A stretch of DNA of 50,855 bases, taken from assembly GCA_027295865.1 (NCBI GenBank), contig JAPUKB010000081.1, forward strand, positions 1-50,855. The letters are read 5' to 3'. This DNA comes from Nitrososphaerota archaeon. GTDB lineage: Archaea > Thermoproteota > Nitrososphaeria > Nitrososphaerales > UBA57. Position 1 is the stretch's first letter, and every line of letters starts with the position of its first letter. A model generated the notes under the pieces. The model did not search any database. It was given only the letters and a program-made list of their open reading frames with translations, and was not told the origin of the DNA. The position numbers and the translations under genes are program-made. Below, one piece after another: positions 16,842 through 25,356 of this stretch.

Positions 16842-17843
16842 CTACTCAACCTCTTCTCCAGGCCACATCATCTGCCGAAGCCTCTTTCCCACGACCTCAA
16901 TTGGATGTTGCCTTATCTCATCGAGGTGTCGCTCGAAAGAGCGCTTTCCCTCCTTTTCGTAGGTACTAACCCATTCTTTAGCAAAACCTCCAGAACGGAT
17001 CTCTTCGAGAATATTCTTCATGGCTACTCTTGAATCCCCACCGACGACCCGATCACCCCGAGTTAGGCCTCCATAACGAGCGGTTTCACTAACTCTGGAG
17101 TACATCCCCGATATCCCGTACTTTTGAACTAAATCTACGATAAGTTTGAGCTCATGAAGGCACTCGAAGTACGCGATCTCTGGTTGATATCCATATTCAA
17201 CGAGGGTTTCAAATGAGGTTCGAATCAATGCAACTACTCCTCCGCAGAGGTCCACTTGTTCACCAAACCAATCTGTCTCAACCTCTTCCTTGAAGGTTGT
17301 CTTAAGCACTCCAGCTCTGGTGCACCCTACTCCTTTTGCCATTGCAAGAACTCGGGGCCAAGCTTTCTTTGAGAAATCCTGCTCCACTGCAACCAAAGCC
17401 GGTGTTCCAAAGTCTTCCTTGAAGAGCTCTCTGACTCTTCTCCCCGGTGCTTTGGGAGCTAGCATGATCACATCTACTTTATTTGGTGGTACTATCCATT
17501 TCCAATGGATAGCAGCTCCATGAGAAAAGCTAAGAGCCTTTCCTTCAGAGAGGTGAGTTTCTATTTGATTCCTGTAGAGGTTCGCCTGTTCCATATCCGG
17601 AATCAGGAGATGAATTACATCGCCCTTCTCAACGGCATCTTCTATTTCCATCACTCGATGCCCATCTCCGGCCGCCTCACGCCAGCTCTTCCCATCCTTT
17701 CTCAGGCCGACTATCACATTGAATCCTGAGTCCTTTAGATTGGAGGCTTGCGCGGCTCCCTGTATACCATATCCTATAACAGCAACAGTTTGGCCTGCAA
17801 GTCCTTCGGGACTCACATCTTTATCATACCAAGTTTCCGCCAT
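16842..17843 (-). CDS. ilvC: Ketol-acid reductoisomerase (class I)
   Basis: It contains VAVIGYGIQGAAQASNLKDSG, LIPD and the C-terminal knotted-domain motifs (GEQVDLCGG, ECLHELKLIVDL). Confidence 0.95.
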   Translation of the reverse strand: MAETWYDKDVSPEGLAGQTVAVIGYGIQGAAQASNLKDSGFNVIVGLRKDGKSWREAAGDGHRVMEIEDAVEKGDVIHLLIPDMEQANLYRNQIETHLSEGKALSFSHGAAIHWKWIVPPNKVDVIMLAPKAPGRRVRELFKEDFGTPALVAVEQDFSKKAWPRVLAMAKGVGCTRAGVLKTTFKEEVETDWFGEQVDLCGGVVALIRTSFETLVEYGYQPEIAYFECLHELKLIVDLVQKYGISGMYSRVSETARYGGLTRGDRVVGGDSRVAMKNILEEIRSGGFAKEWVSTYEKEGKRSFERHLDEIRQHPIEVVGKRLRQMMWPGEEVE

Positions 17844-17950
17844 TTAGGGACAACAACGACAGATGCATCTTAAGGCTTGCTCCTTGACATCTGGTTGAGT
17901 AGATGAAAGAAACGGATACTAAATAAGGGGGTTCCCTCCAAATTCCTTAG

Positions 17951-18436
17951 ATGGTCAGATTTAGAGTAGCTCTCTCCTATGGGTTCGGTGAGGTTTCAGT
18001 AGAAGGGGAGAGCACCAAGGAAGTTATTGATTCCATCGACCAACTTAAGACAATTGGCAGAAAGGCGGCGAGGAAGCTAGGTTCCGCCCCTGCGGGCAAG
18101 ATCTCAGTCGAAAAGGGGTTATCAGATGTAATCGACGTGGATGAGAGAGGAAGGGTCAAATTCAAGGTTCCAGAATCTAGTAAGCTATCTGGTAAAGAAG
18201 TTTTAGCACTTCTCCTCCTAGCCCTTGACGAACCAACATCGCCATCTGACCTCTCGGAAAAGCTCTCTAGTTCGTGGAAGAAGGTAAGCTCTAAGAGGGT
18301 AAGCTCTTACCTTACAGCAACGGGAAACACACCCACAATTCGCGGATATGTGGTAAAGGATGGCCACGGTTACAAGTTGAATGCGGCCGGACGCGGTTGG
18401 GTAAAGAAAGAAATCCTTCCTAGGCTTTCTGCGTAG
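17951..18436 (+). CDS. Hypothetical protein with a probable C-terminal winged-helix domain
   Basis: The segment LSGKEVLALLLLALDEPTSPSDLSEKL...GYVVKDGHGYKLNAAG is wHTH-like. Confidence 0.45.
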   Translation: MVRFRVALSYGFGEVSVEGESTKEVIDSIDQLKTIGRKAARKLGSAPAGKISVEKGLSDVIDVDERGRVKFKVPESSKLSGKEVLALLLLALDEPTSPSDLSEKLSSSWKKVSSKRVSSYLTATGNTPTIRGYVVKDGHGYKLNAAGRGWVKKEILPRLSA

Positions 18437-18494
18437 ATAGCTCTTTGGTTACGGGCAAACCAACTTAACCTTCCAACGGGCACGAACTGAGAGA

Positions 18495-18746
18495 ATGAGG
18501 GGAATTCCTGACAGGAGGGTGCAATCAGAGTTGCAGAAACGCGTAGAACGGGCAGAGCTTACTAATTTGAAGGCTCGGATAAGACGCCTTGAACATGAAA
18601 TCAACTCACTCTACTCTTCACTTGAGGAGCTAAAGCTACGACTCCCAGAAAGGAGACTCTCTGAAACTGAAAAGACCGAAATTAAACGGATGATTGCTAG
18701 GATGTCGATTGACGAAATAGCAGACAAGTTTAGCCCAGGAAACTAA
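18495..18746 (+). CDS. Small coiled-coil protein with a C-terminal HTH-like segment
   Basis: The coiled-coil segment LKARIRRLEHEINSLYSSLEELK is followed by EKTEIKRMIARMSIDEIADKF, which resembles resolvase/transposase-type HTH motifs. Confidence 0.4.
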   Translation: MRGIPDRRVQSELQKRVERAELTNLKARIRRLEHEINSLYSSLEELKLRLPERRLSETEKTEIKRMIARMSIDEIADKFSPGN

Positions 18747-18800
18747 AGATTCTCAAAACCAAAGGACACATTTATGGGCTGGGTGGATCTTATGTAGTCG

Positions 18801-19613
18801 ATGCCCCAGTATGATGGTGATAGGCCATTACTAGAGCACATCGATGAGCTTCGGGCCCGAATAATGAAGGTCCTGATCTCAATAATTTTGGTGAGCATGT
18901 TCGTTTTCGTTTTCTCTATCAAGGAGTTTGCCTTCGGGGATATGATTGTTCCACTCCCGTTTCCAGATCTCTTCGACAACATAGCGGCAGGAATAATAGA
19001 AGGGATTAGGGACCTGGTCCTTCCTTCATATGTTCGGGTCATTCTAACTACTCCCGGCCAAGCGATACTCGCCCAATTTTACACATCAATTTTGATAGGA
19101 ATCATAGCTAGTATCCCTCTGATATTCCTAGAGGCCGGGGGGTTCATCTTACCTGGACTTTATGATGAAGAGAAGAGAATGGTTCAAAGGATGGTGTTCC
19201 CGGCCACTGTTCTCTTCATTCTAGGAAGCCTATTGGCATTGTTCTTCGTAATCCCATTCACGATGGGTTTCCTATACCGATATGGTCTGGCTCTAGGTGC
19301 TGAGACATTCATCACGATAGATGAGCTTATCTCCTTTGTCGTTTTCTTTGTGGTAGCCTTTGGAATCTCCTTCCAGCTCCCAGTAATAATGTGGCTCATT
19401 TCGAAGGCCGGAATTGTTGATGCCAACTTTTGGAAGGCAAATTGGAGATACGTCTTCGTAGGACTAGTCATCTTTGGGGCAGTCATAACTCCTGACGGAA
19501 GCGGGATAACGATGTGGTTTGTAGCACTTCCAATGATGGGACTATATGTACTAGGATACCTATCAACCAGATCCATCGTCCGAAAAGAGAGAGAGTTAGC
19601 TAATTCCGTTTAG
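18801..19613 (+). CDS. tatC: Twin-arginine translocase subunit TatC
   Basis: It has the LLEHIDELRARI start motif and six TM segments with the typical TatC pattern. Confidence 0.9.
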   Translation: MPQYDGDRPLLEHIDELRARIMKVLISIILVSMFVFVFSIKEFAFGDMIVPLPFPDLFDNIAAGIIEGIRDLVLPSYVRVILTTPGQAILAQFYTSILIGIIASIPLIFLEAGGFILPGLYDEEKRMVQRMVFPATVLFILGSLLALFFVIPFTMGFLYRYGLALGAETFITIDELISFVVFFVVAFGISFQLPVIMWLISKAGIVDANFWKANWRYVFVGLVIFGAVITPDGSGITMWFVALPMMGLYVLGYLSTRSIVRKERELANSV

Positions 19614-19749
19614 TTCACCGCATCTTTTATGGGAGAGATTGAGATAGAAAAAAGTGGGATGAACGATGACGAGACTAGCCCTCAGAATAGATGAAGACGA
19701 TCTTGAGTTTGTGAGTTCATCCTGCAAATCAGACCGAACGATTAGTGAC

Positions 19750-20061
19750 CTAAGAATTGAGCTTCCTCTTGATCTCTTCCCTTAGTTCGTCCTCTGACTT
19801 TATTGTTGCGTCGATTCCCACCGCTGCGGCAGCCTTTTGGAGTTCGGTTTTAGTAAGGCTCTTCGAGGGTGGAACAGTCTTAAACTCCGCGCTAGTCGAA
19901 GCGCTTATCTCTCTCTCTATCTCGGCTCGCCCCTTCTGAAACTCACCCATAGCTTTTCCCACAGCTCTCGCAACCTCAGGAATCTTCTTCGAACCGAAGA
20001 GTAGGATTCCTGCTAGTAGGATAATCCAAATCCATTCAATGCCTCCTACTACTAGCTCCAT
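19750..20061 (-). CDS. tatA: Twin-arginine translocase subunit TatA/E
   Basis: The internal ATG at 20061 gives MELVVGGIEWIWIILLAGILLFGSKKIPEVARAVGKAMGEFQKG, the canonical TatA TM segment plus amphipathic helix. I reject the longer 175-aa ORF because it overlaps the next gene. Confidence 0.8.
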   Translation of the reverse strand: MELVVGGIEWIWIILLAGILLFGSKKIPEVARAVGKAMGEFQKGRAEIEREISASTSAEFKTVPPSKSLTKTELQKAAAAVGIDATIKSEDELREEIKRKLNS

Positions 20062-20155
20062 GGCCAGGATCAATCCATATACTCGACTGCCTAATATAAT
20101 ATTATGTTCGCCATAACCAAAAGCCTTTTCTTGAGTTAATGGGCAATAAACTACA

Positions 20156-20677
20156 ATGATCACAGGTATCCCCGAGTTAACTCTAGTGATTGCCGGAATT
20201 TCCATTGCTGTTGCGATAGGCTCTGGGGTGAGCAGAAGGTTGTTGACGAATGTGGAGGAGACTAAGAAAATATCCAAAGAGGTCTCTACTTATCAAAAGG
20301 AGCTTAGGCAGGCGATGATGAAGAAGGATAAAACAAAAGAAACGAAACTTAAGAAGAAGCAGGCTCAGATGCGTCGGATGCAGGGTAAGCTAGCGAGAGA
20401 CAATATGAAACCTATGTTCGCGTTTTTTATTCCCCTCATGCTAATTTGGTGGGTAGGCCTCCCCGCACTTGTGGGACCAAACTGGACAAGCTTAGCAGCG
20501 GCGTCATCGCCCGTTTCGTTGAATATTCTTCCTTTCTGGCCACTCAATAGTGTCACAGCAGAAAGCGTCACGGAGTCGGGGACAGTGATTGTTAATTCGG
20601 TATCTGTGTTTGTGTGGTACATGTTGGCCTCATTTTCCTTTCAAGGCGTAGTTTCGAAACTCCTTCGACTAACTTAA
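20156..20677 (+). CDS. DUF106 / EMC3-TMCO1-like membrane protein (archaeal YidC/Oxa1-like insertase family)
   Basis: TM1 is followed by a Lys/Glu-rich coiled hairpin (KKISKEVSTYQKELRQAMMKKDKTKETKLKKKQAQM), the MKPM motif and two more TM segments. Confidence 0.65.
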   Translation: MITGIPELTLVIAGISIAVAIGSGVSRRLLTNVEETKKISKEVSTYQKELRQAMMKKDKTKETKLKKKQAQMRRMQGKLARDNMKPMFAFFIPLMLIWWVGLPALVGPNWTSLAAASSPVSLNILPFWPLNSVTAESVTESGTVIVNSVSVFVWYMLASFSFQGVVSKLLRLT

Positions 20678-20678
20678 C

Positions 20679-20963
20679 TTATTTCAGCGTTGTTCCGAAT
20701 AGTATCGATAGCCCCACAAGCTCAGCAGAACTGAGAGACAACATGAATGGGGCAATCGTTGCATCGAAGTACCCATCCATGAAAACGTAGGAAAAGACCC
20801 CGAGACCGTTGTGAATTAGGAGAAAGACCGCGAACAGGACAAGCCCAATGGTGAAACTAGATTGGATCCTACGGAAGCTTCGGGCGTATATGGCCAAGAG
20901 TCCTAACAGGATGGCGATGTTCACTCCGGAAACTACAGCACTCAATTGCAAAAGTAGGGTCAA
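20679..20963 (-). CDS. Small three-TM membrane protein, function unknown
   Basis: The 94-aa product is hydrophobic throughout. Confidence 0.4.
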   Translation of the reverse strand: MTLLLQLSAVVSGVNIAILLGLLAIYARSFRRIQSSFTIGLVLFAVFLLIHNGLGVFSYVFMDGYFDATIAPFMLSLSSAELVGLSILFGTTLK

Positions 20964-21074
20964 TATCTATGAACGGACGATGAAAATGGCATATTTAGTT
21001 TTCCCCATATTATATTACGGGGGCAGGTCAGTTCATGGCTTTTTTTTAAATACTCGGTACGACGGCCTCCTGTC

Positions 21075-21572
21075 GTGTCTTCATCCGACGGACTGGTAGA
21101 CAGGATGGCAGAACATGTACCTGAGTTCAAAGGGTATGGAAAATCGGAAAACCGTCGTGCCTCGGACAAGATGGCAAGAGAGGCTTGGGGAAAAGAATTA
21201 CGATTCGGTATTGAGGTCTTGAATAAACAATTGAATGCAAATAGTAAACTCGGAGACTCCAAGAAGCAAGTGGCCCAGACGGTTATTGGAAAGCTGAATT
21301 TACTGGTGGAAGATTTTGATCAGTTAGCTGGAGATATATCGTTATTCCGTGCAAAAGATTTGAACGAAGACGACATAGAGGCAATTGTCACTCTGGACCT
21401 GAACCTTCTAACGAGATCTACCGCAATTAAGGAAAAAGCCATCAGAACCTCCAGAGAGATAGCCAGTTCGCCCTCCTGGGATAGAGAGGTAGACGAGCTC
21501 TACAACAAGATAAAGGACCTCGACGAGACTTGGAAGAGAAGGGGAAGACTCATGTCAAGCATTGGAGCCTAA
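21075..21572 (+). CDS. Hypothetical soluble helical protein
   Basis: The 165-aa product matches no family I recognise. The real start is probably the internal MAEHVPEF. Confidence 0.45.
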   Translation: MSSSDGLVDRMAEHVPEFKGYGKSENRRASDKMAREAWGKELRFGIEVLNKQLNANSKLGDSKKQVAQTVIGKLNLLVEDFDQLAGDISLFRAKDLNEDDIEAIVTLDLNLLTRSTAIKEKAIRTSREIASSPSWDREVDELYNKIKDLDETWKRRGRLMSSIGA

Positions 21573-21613
21573 TAGGAAGACATTAAGGACTTCGATGAAT
21601 ACACTGATCGGCT

Positions 21614-21838
21614 TTGGCTATCGAGAAGTCTCTACGGTCTTATTTCTCTGCATATCAAAAGAGATTTCCTGAGAAAGGGGTAGATCAAGCGCTAGCGGCA
21701 TCAAGAAGTTGGATTACTAATTTCATACGCTCCATCCTGGACTCGGAAGTTCCCCCAGATTTGGCCAAGAAAATTGAGGATATTCTGGAAGATCTTGGAA
21801 AAGGAGGAATGTCTGACAGTCAGCAGAAACTAATGTGA
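21614..21838 (+). CDS. Hypothetical small protein
   Basis: This is a 74-aa ORF and I recognise no motif. Confidence 0.3.
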   Translation: MAIEKSLRSYFSAYQKRFPEKGVDQALAASRSWITNFIRSILDSEVPPDLAKKIEDILEDLGKGGMSDSQQKLM

Positions 21839-21877
21839 GGGACCACACTCGTCTAGCACATCTATATTACCAATCAT

Positions 21878-22354
21878 GTGTGCAAACAAGAAATGGATCA
21901 GAAATATCCAGAACCGACTGTAGGGGCCCTAATTGTCAACAAACATGGAAAGATTTTGCTCGTGCGGTCTCACAAGTGGGTCAATGGCAGACTTACTGTT
22001 CCAGGAGGCCACATAGAGCTTGGGGAGTCCGCGGCTGACGCAATAATCAGGGAAGTGAAAGAGGAGACAGGGCTAGAAATTCTTCCTTCTAAGCTCCTTA
22101 TGGTTCAAGAAGCGATCTATTCCGATGACTTCTTCAAGAAAAAGCACTTCATCTTCTTTGACTTTGTATGCCAAGCTCTTTCCGAGGAGGTGAAACTCGA
22201 TCAAGACGAGTTGCAGGAGTACGACTGGTACGATGTAGATGAGGTCGAGGAATCAGTTCTTGAGCCATATACCAGGAACCTTATTGCGACCTACCGGAGG
22301 AATTCTACGTCAGGTCCCGACTCGATTTATCCGTCCTTTGATAACAACCGTTAA
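21878..22354 (+). CDS. Nudix hydrolase
   Basis: It has the Nudix box GGHIELGESAADAIIREVKEETGL. Confidence 0.85.
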   Translation: MCKQEMDQKYPEPTVGALIVNKHGKILLVRSHKWVNGRLTVPGGHIELGESAADAIIREVKEETGLEILPSKLLMVQEAIYSDDFFKKKHFIFFDFVCQALSEEVKLDQDELQEYDWYDVDEVEESVLEPYTRNLIATYRRNSTSGPDSIYPSFDNNR

Positions 22355-22388
22355 ACGTCGCAGCAATAGGTCAGACCCGCAACCTTTC

Positions 22389-23324
22389 TTGAGAATTATC
22401 AGCACTATTGATTTGCAACTAAAGAGGTTCAAAGAAGAGAAGTATATTCTTGTTCCTATTTTGGCCCCGATACTCGTGATCGCCATAACTGACTTCAGAT
22501 CGCTTTTTGCGATATGGAATCAGGGCCGCGGGGGATTCCTCATCGCCCTTTCCTTCCTAGCACTTGAGTTTTTTGACTCGAAAATCCGAATGAAACGCAC
22601 CTTCAGGAGGAACCTGGTTATCGTTCTGATAACTTTAGTGACCTCGGTCTACTTTGGGTCCACCTTATTGTTTGGGGTACATGATTGGCTATCGAGAGTA
22701 GGAGAGGGTTTTGGAGTAACGCTGCTCCCTAGTTGGGTAATCATGTGGGACTATGTCGTCTTCTCAGCTTTCCTTATGATAATCCTTGCCGTTAGGTACG
22801 GAGTTCGAGAACTACGCTCATTATTCTCGGCAAACGTCTATCTAACTGGGATGGCGGTGATCTTATCTTTGGATGCCCTTTTTCCTTTTGACACACTAGG
22901 ACCCCTACAAGCAATAGTACCACTTCTTCTGGGAGGTGTCAGGGAACTAGTCACCCTGTTCCAATTAGGCCAAATAGGTCTTACTGAGAATATATTGACT
23001 CTTTATGGGTCCGAGGGGACATTCTCATTTGCTGTTTTCTGGCCCTCGGCTGGAGTTCATAGCATGATCATCTATTCTCTCATCATGCTCATCTTTCTAG
23101 TCAAACTTGATATTTCGGCATTCAAGAAAATCATCTTCCTCTCGGCGGGGATTATTGGGACCTTCGCTGTAAATGTTTTCAGAATTTTCCTCCTTGCCGC
23201 GTACGTATTGACGGTCTCAACAAACCCCGCAAGGTTCGAAGAGTTCCATAATGTAGCTGGCGAAATAGTTTTTCTACCATGGATAATGGGGTATATCTTC
23301 TTTATCTACAGGCTGGCAAGATGA
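22389..23324 (+). CDS. Exosortase/archaeosortase-family integral membrane protein, with Ser at the expected catalytic Cys position
   Basis: The frame is open from 22239, but that stretch overlaps the Nudix gene; plausible TTG starts are at 22389 and 22413. The product is polytopic. Its C-terminal core FAVFWPSAGVHSMIIYS ... AVNVFRIFLLAAY ... FHNVAGEIVF matches the family pattern C-x-G / N-x-x-R / H-x-x-x-G, except that the first position is Ser (TCG at 23046-23048). Confidence 0.65.
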   Translation: MRIISTIDLQLKRFKEEKYILVPILAPILVIAITDFRSLFAIWNQGRGGFLIALSFLALEFFDSKIRMKRTFRRNLVIVLITLVTSVYFGSTLLFGVHDWLSRVGEGFGVTLLPSWVIMWDYVVFSAFLMIILAVRYGVRELRSLFSANVYLTGMAVILSLDALFPFDTLGPLQAIVPLLLGGVRELVTLFQLGQIGLTENILTLYGSEGTFSFAVFWPSAGVHSMIIYSLIMLIFLVKLDISAFKKIIFLSAGIIGTFAVNVFRIFLLAAYVLTVSTNPARFEEFHNVAGEIVFLPWIMGYIFFIYRLAR

Positions 23325-23361
23325 TGGAAGAGAAGATTGGAACGGTAATCGTGAAAGTCTA

Positions 23362-24807
23362 ATGACGCCGAAGGATCTTCTATTTGTAGTGTATTTGGTT
23401 ATCTCATGGATCCTTGTGCTTTATGGGACAAATCTCTACTATCTATTATTCAAATCTATTAGAAATCACAACCTCCCGTTGCGAAAGGCGTTGAATCCCG
23501 CACCCACCGTAACAATCCAACTGCCGGTATACAACGAGATGTACGTGGTTAGAAGACTTGTAACGTCAATTTGCAAGATCGACTATCCGAAATCAAATAT
23601 GGAGATTCAAGTCCTTGACGACTCTAACGACGATACCGTGACTATATGCAATGATGTTGTCGAAGAATTCAGGAAGCAGGGGTACGATATTGAACATATC
23701 CGACGGGGGACCAGGAGTGGCTTCAAAGCTGGCGCTCTTCAGTACGGACTTTCGCGCGCAAAGGGGGAGTTCGTTGCGATTTTCGATGCGGATTTCGTAC
23801 CGAACCCTGATTTTCTAACCCAGACACTTCCGTACTTCGCTTCAAGGGAAATTGGTTTGGTGCAAGCAAAATGGGGTCATCTCAATGAACAATACTCTTC
23901 TCTTACAAAGGCACAGGCACTCAGCTTGGACGCCCACTTTCTTATCGAGCAGAGAGCCAGGAGCTACTCTGCTCTATTCATGAACTTCAACGGAACTGCG
24001 GGAATCTGGAGGAAAGAGTGTTTAGAAGAGGTGGGGGGATGGAAAGCCTCTTTGGCTGAAGATCTTGACATTAGCCTTAGAGCACAATTGCAGGGCTGGA
24101 AACTAGTGTTCCTACCTGAATTGATCTGCCCCGCTGAACTTCCGGTCCAGATGAACGCTTCAAAGAGACAGCAGTTTAGATGGGCGAAGGGTTCGATTGA
24201 ATGCGCAATGAGACATACTAGGACTATACTTTTTTCTAAATTCCCTTTAGAGACCAAATTCCAAGCTTTCATGCAGCTTACGAGACATGTGATTCATCCC
24301 CTTATCATCGCCCAGTTCATCATACTCCCGATTCTGATGTTGGCAAAATTCGACCTTGCACCAGTAACAGCAATTCTGACGCAAATACTCCTAGGTCCAC
24401 CAATTTACGGCTACGCCTTAACTAGGCTTTATGGTAACCAATGGCTCAAGAAAGTTCCGGCCTACTTCTATCTTCTCCTCTTCGGAGCTGGCATCTCTGT
24501 CAATAACTCTGGGGCGCTAGCCCAGGCTTTGCTGAGGAAGAAAAGCGATTTTCTGCGTACCCCGAAGTTCGCGGTAAGAGGTCGGAAAGACGAGTGGAAG
24601 GGAAAACAATACGCCCTTCCCTTTACAGCGACCGCACTCGGTGAATCATTAATGGTAGGGTGGGGAGTTATCACTATCCTTGTAGCATTGCTTACAGGAA
24701 ACTTCTTCTTGCTCCCTCATATCGTGATCCTGACGCTAGGTTTCGCTTACGTTGCCTCTCTAACCGTGCTCCACTCAGTCGGAACAAGGACGACAGGGGC
24801 GGGCTGA
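23362..24807 (+). CDS. Processive family-2 glycosyltransferase (cellulose-synthase-like / CslA-like beta-glycan synthase)
   Basis: It has an N-terminal TM segment, the motifs VLDDSNDDT, FDADFVP, AEDLDIS and QQFRWAKG (D,D,D,QxxRW), and C-terminal TM helices. Confidence 0.85.
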   Translation: MTPKDLLFVVYLVISWILVLYGTNLYYLLFKSIRNHNLPLRKALNPAPTVTIQLPVYNEMYVVRRLVTSICKIDYPKSNMEIQVLDDSNDDTVTICNDVVEEFRKQGYDIEHIRRGTRSGFKAGALQYGLSRAKGEFVAIFDADFVPNPDFLTQTLPYFASREIGLVQAKWGHLNEQYSSLTKAQALSLDAHFLIEQRARSYSALFMNFNGTAGIWRKECLEEVGGWKASLAEDLDISLRAQLQGWKLVFLPELICPAELPVQMNASKRQQFRWAKGSIECAMRHTRTILFSKFPLETKFQAFMQLTRHVIHPLIIAQFIILPILMLAKFDLAPVTAILTQILLGPPIYGYALTRLYGNQWLKKVPAYFYLLLFGAGISVNNSGALAQALLRKKSDFLRTPKFAVRGRKDEWKGKQYALPFTATALGESLMVGWGVITILVALLTGNFFLLPHIVILTLGFAYVASLTVLHSVGTRTTGAG

Positions 24808-24811
24808 AAGA

Positions 24812-25315
24812 ATGAACCCAAGGACTGCTGCCCTGATGCTGATTGCGCTGATTGCGCTGGGAGGAATTCTCACATATGCCCATTACTTCAATACTTGGTA
24901 CGCAGTAGACAGAGGACGCGCACACCTTAGTAGAGCTGAAACATCGGCCTTTGCTGATGGAATGGCAGCCTCAATAAGTGAGGCAATTGAGCTTATTCCG
25001 CCAACCGGAAACCCGGTATGGTGGTTTCCCACCGCAAGAACGGACTTTGAACTGATCCAACATGATCTTAACGGATTCATTGAGAGGACTACGATACTCG
25101 AGGCGATGCCGAAGGAACGTGATGCGTATCAGCAAGGGATGGACGACCTTCGTGGGAAACTGAAGACCGTCCAAGAACAGCTTGGAGAAGCTTCAGCCTT
25201 CTTCTTCGTTGACCCTTTCAGTCTCCTCATCTCACTCTTCTGGATCATAGCAGTCTCGATAGTTCTTGCCTTAAGGTCTAGGGGGTTTGGGAAGGAAAAG
25301 ACGGCAGAACCCTGA
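24812..25315 (+). CDS. Two-TM protein (N- and C-terminal anchors) of unknown function, co-transcribed with the GT2 gene
   Basis: It lies 4 nt after the GT2 stop. The TM segments are AALMLIALIALGGIL and LLISLFWIIAVSIVLAL, with a helical extracytoplasmic middle. Confidence 0.5.
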   Translation: MNPRTAALMLIALIALGGILTYAHYFNTWYAVDRGRAHLSRAETSAFADGMAASISEAIELIPPTGNPVWWFPTARTDFELIQHDLNGFIERTTILEAMPKERDAYQQGMDDLRGKLKTVQEQLGEASAFFFVDPFSLLISLFWIIAVSIVLALRSRGFGKEKTAEP

Positions 25316-25356
25316 ACAATCGGAGGATCACTACTGGAAATGGTAATAATCAGGGA

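Noticed and set aside
19666-19785. A 39-codon ORF (MTRLALRIDEDDLEFVSSSCKSDRTISDLRIEL...) with a ribbon-helix-helix flavour.
   Set aside because: It is very short, its 3' third overlaps the tatA coding end on the opposite strand, and there is no partner toxin gene. The evidence is insufficient.
19750-20277. The full 175-aa ORF as a TatA protein with a long N-terminal extension.
   Set aside because: The first 72 codons are non-TatA-like and overlap the DUF106 gene on the other strand. The internal ATG at 20061 gives a canonical TatA.
21835-22038. A 67-aa ORF overlapping the start of the Nudix gene in another frame.
   Set aside because: The Nudix frame has a clear Nudix box and a full-length product. 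The alternative frame has no motif.
24841-24862. A short tandem duplication, GCTGATTGCGCTGATTGCGCTG.
   Set aside because: It encodes LIALIAL within a TM helix, which is ordinary low-complexity hydrophobic coding sequence.
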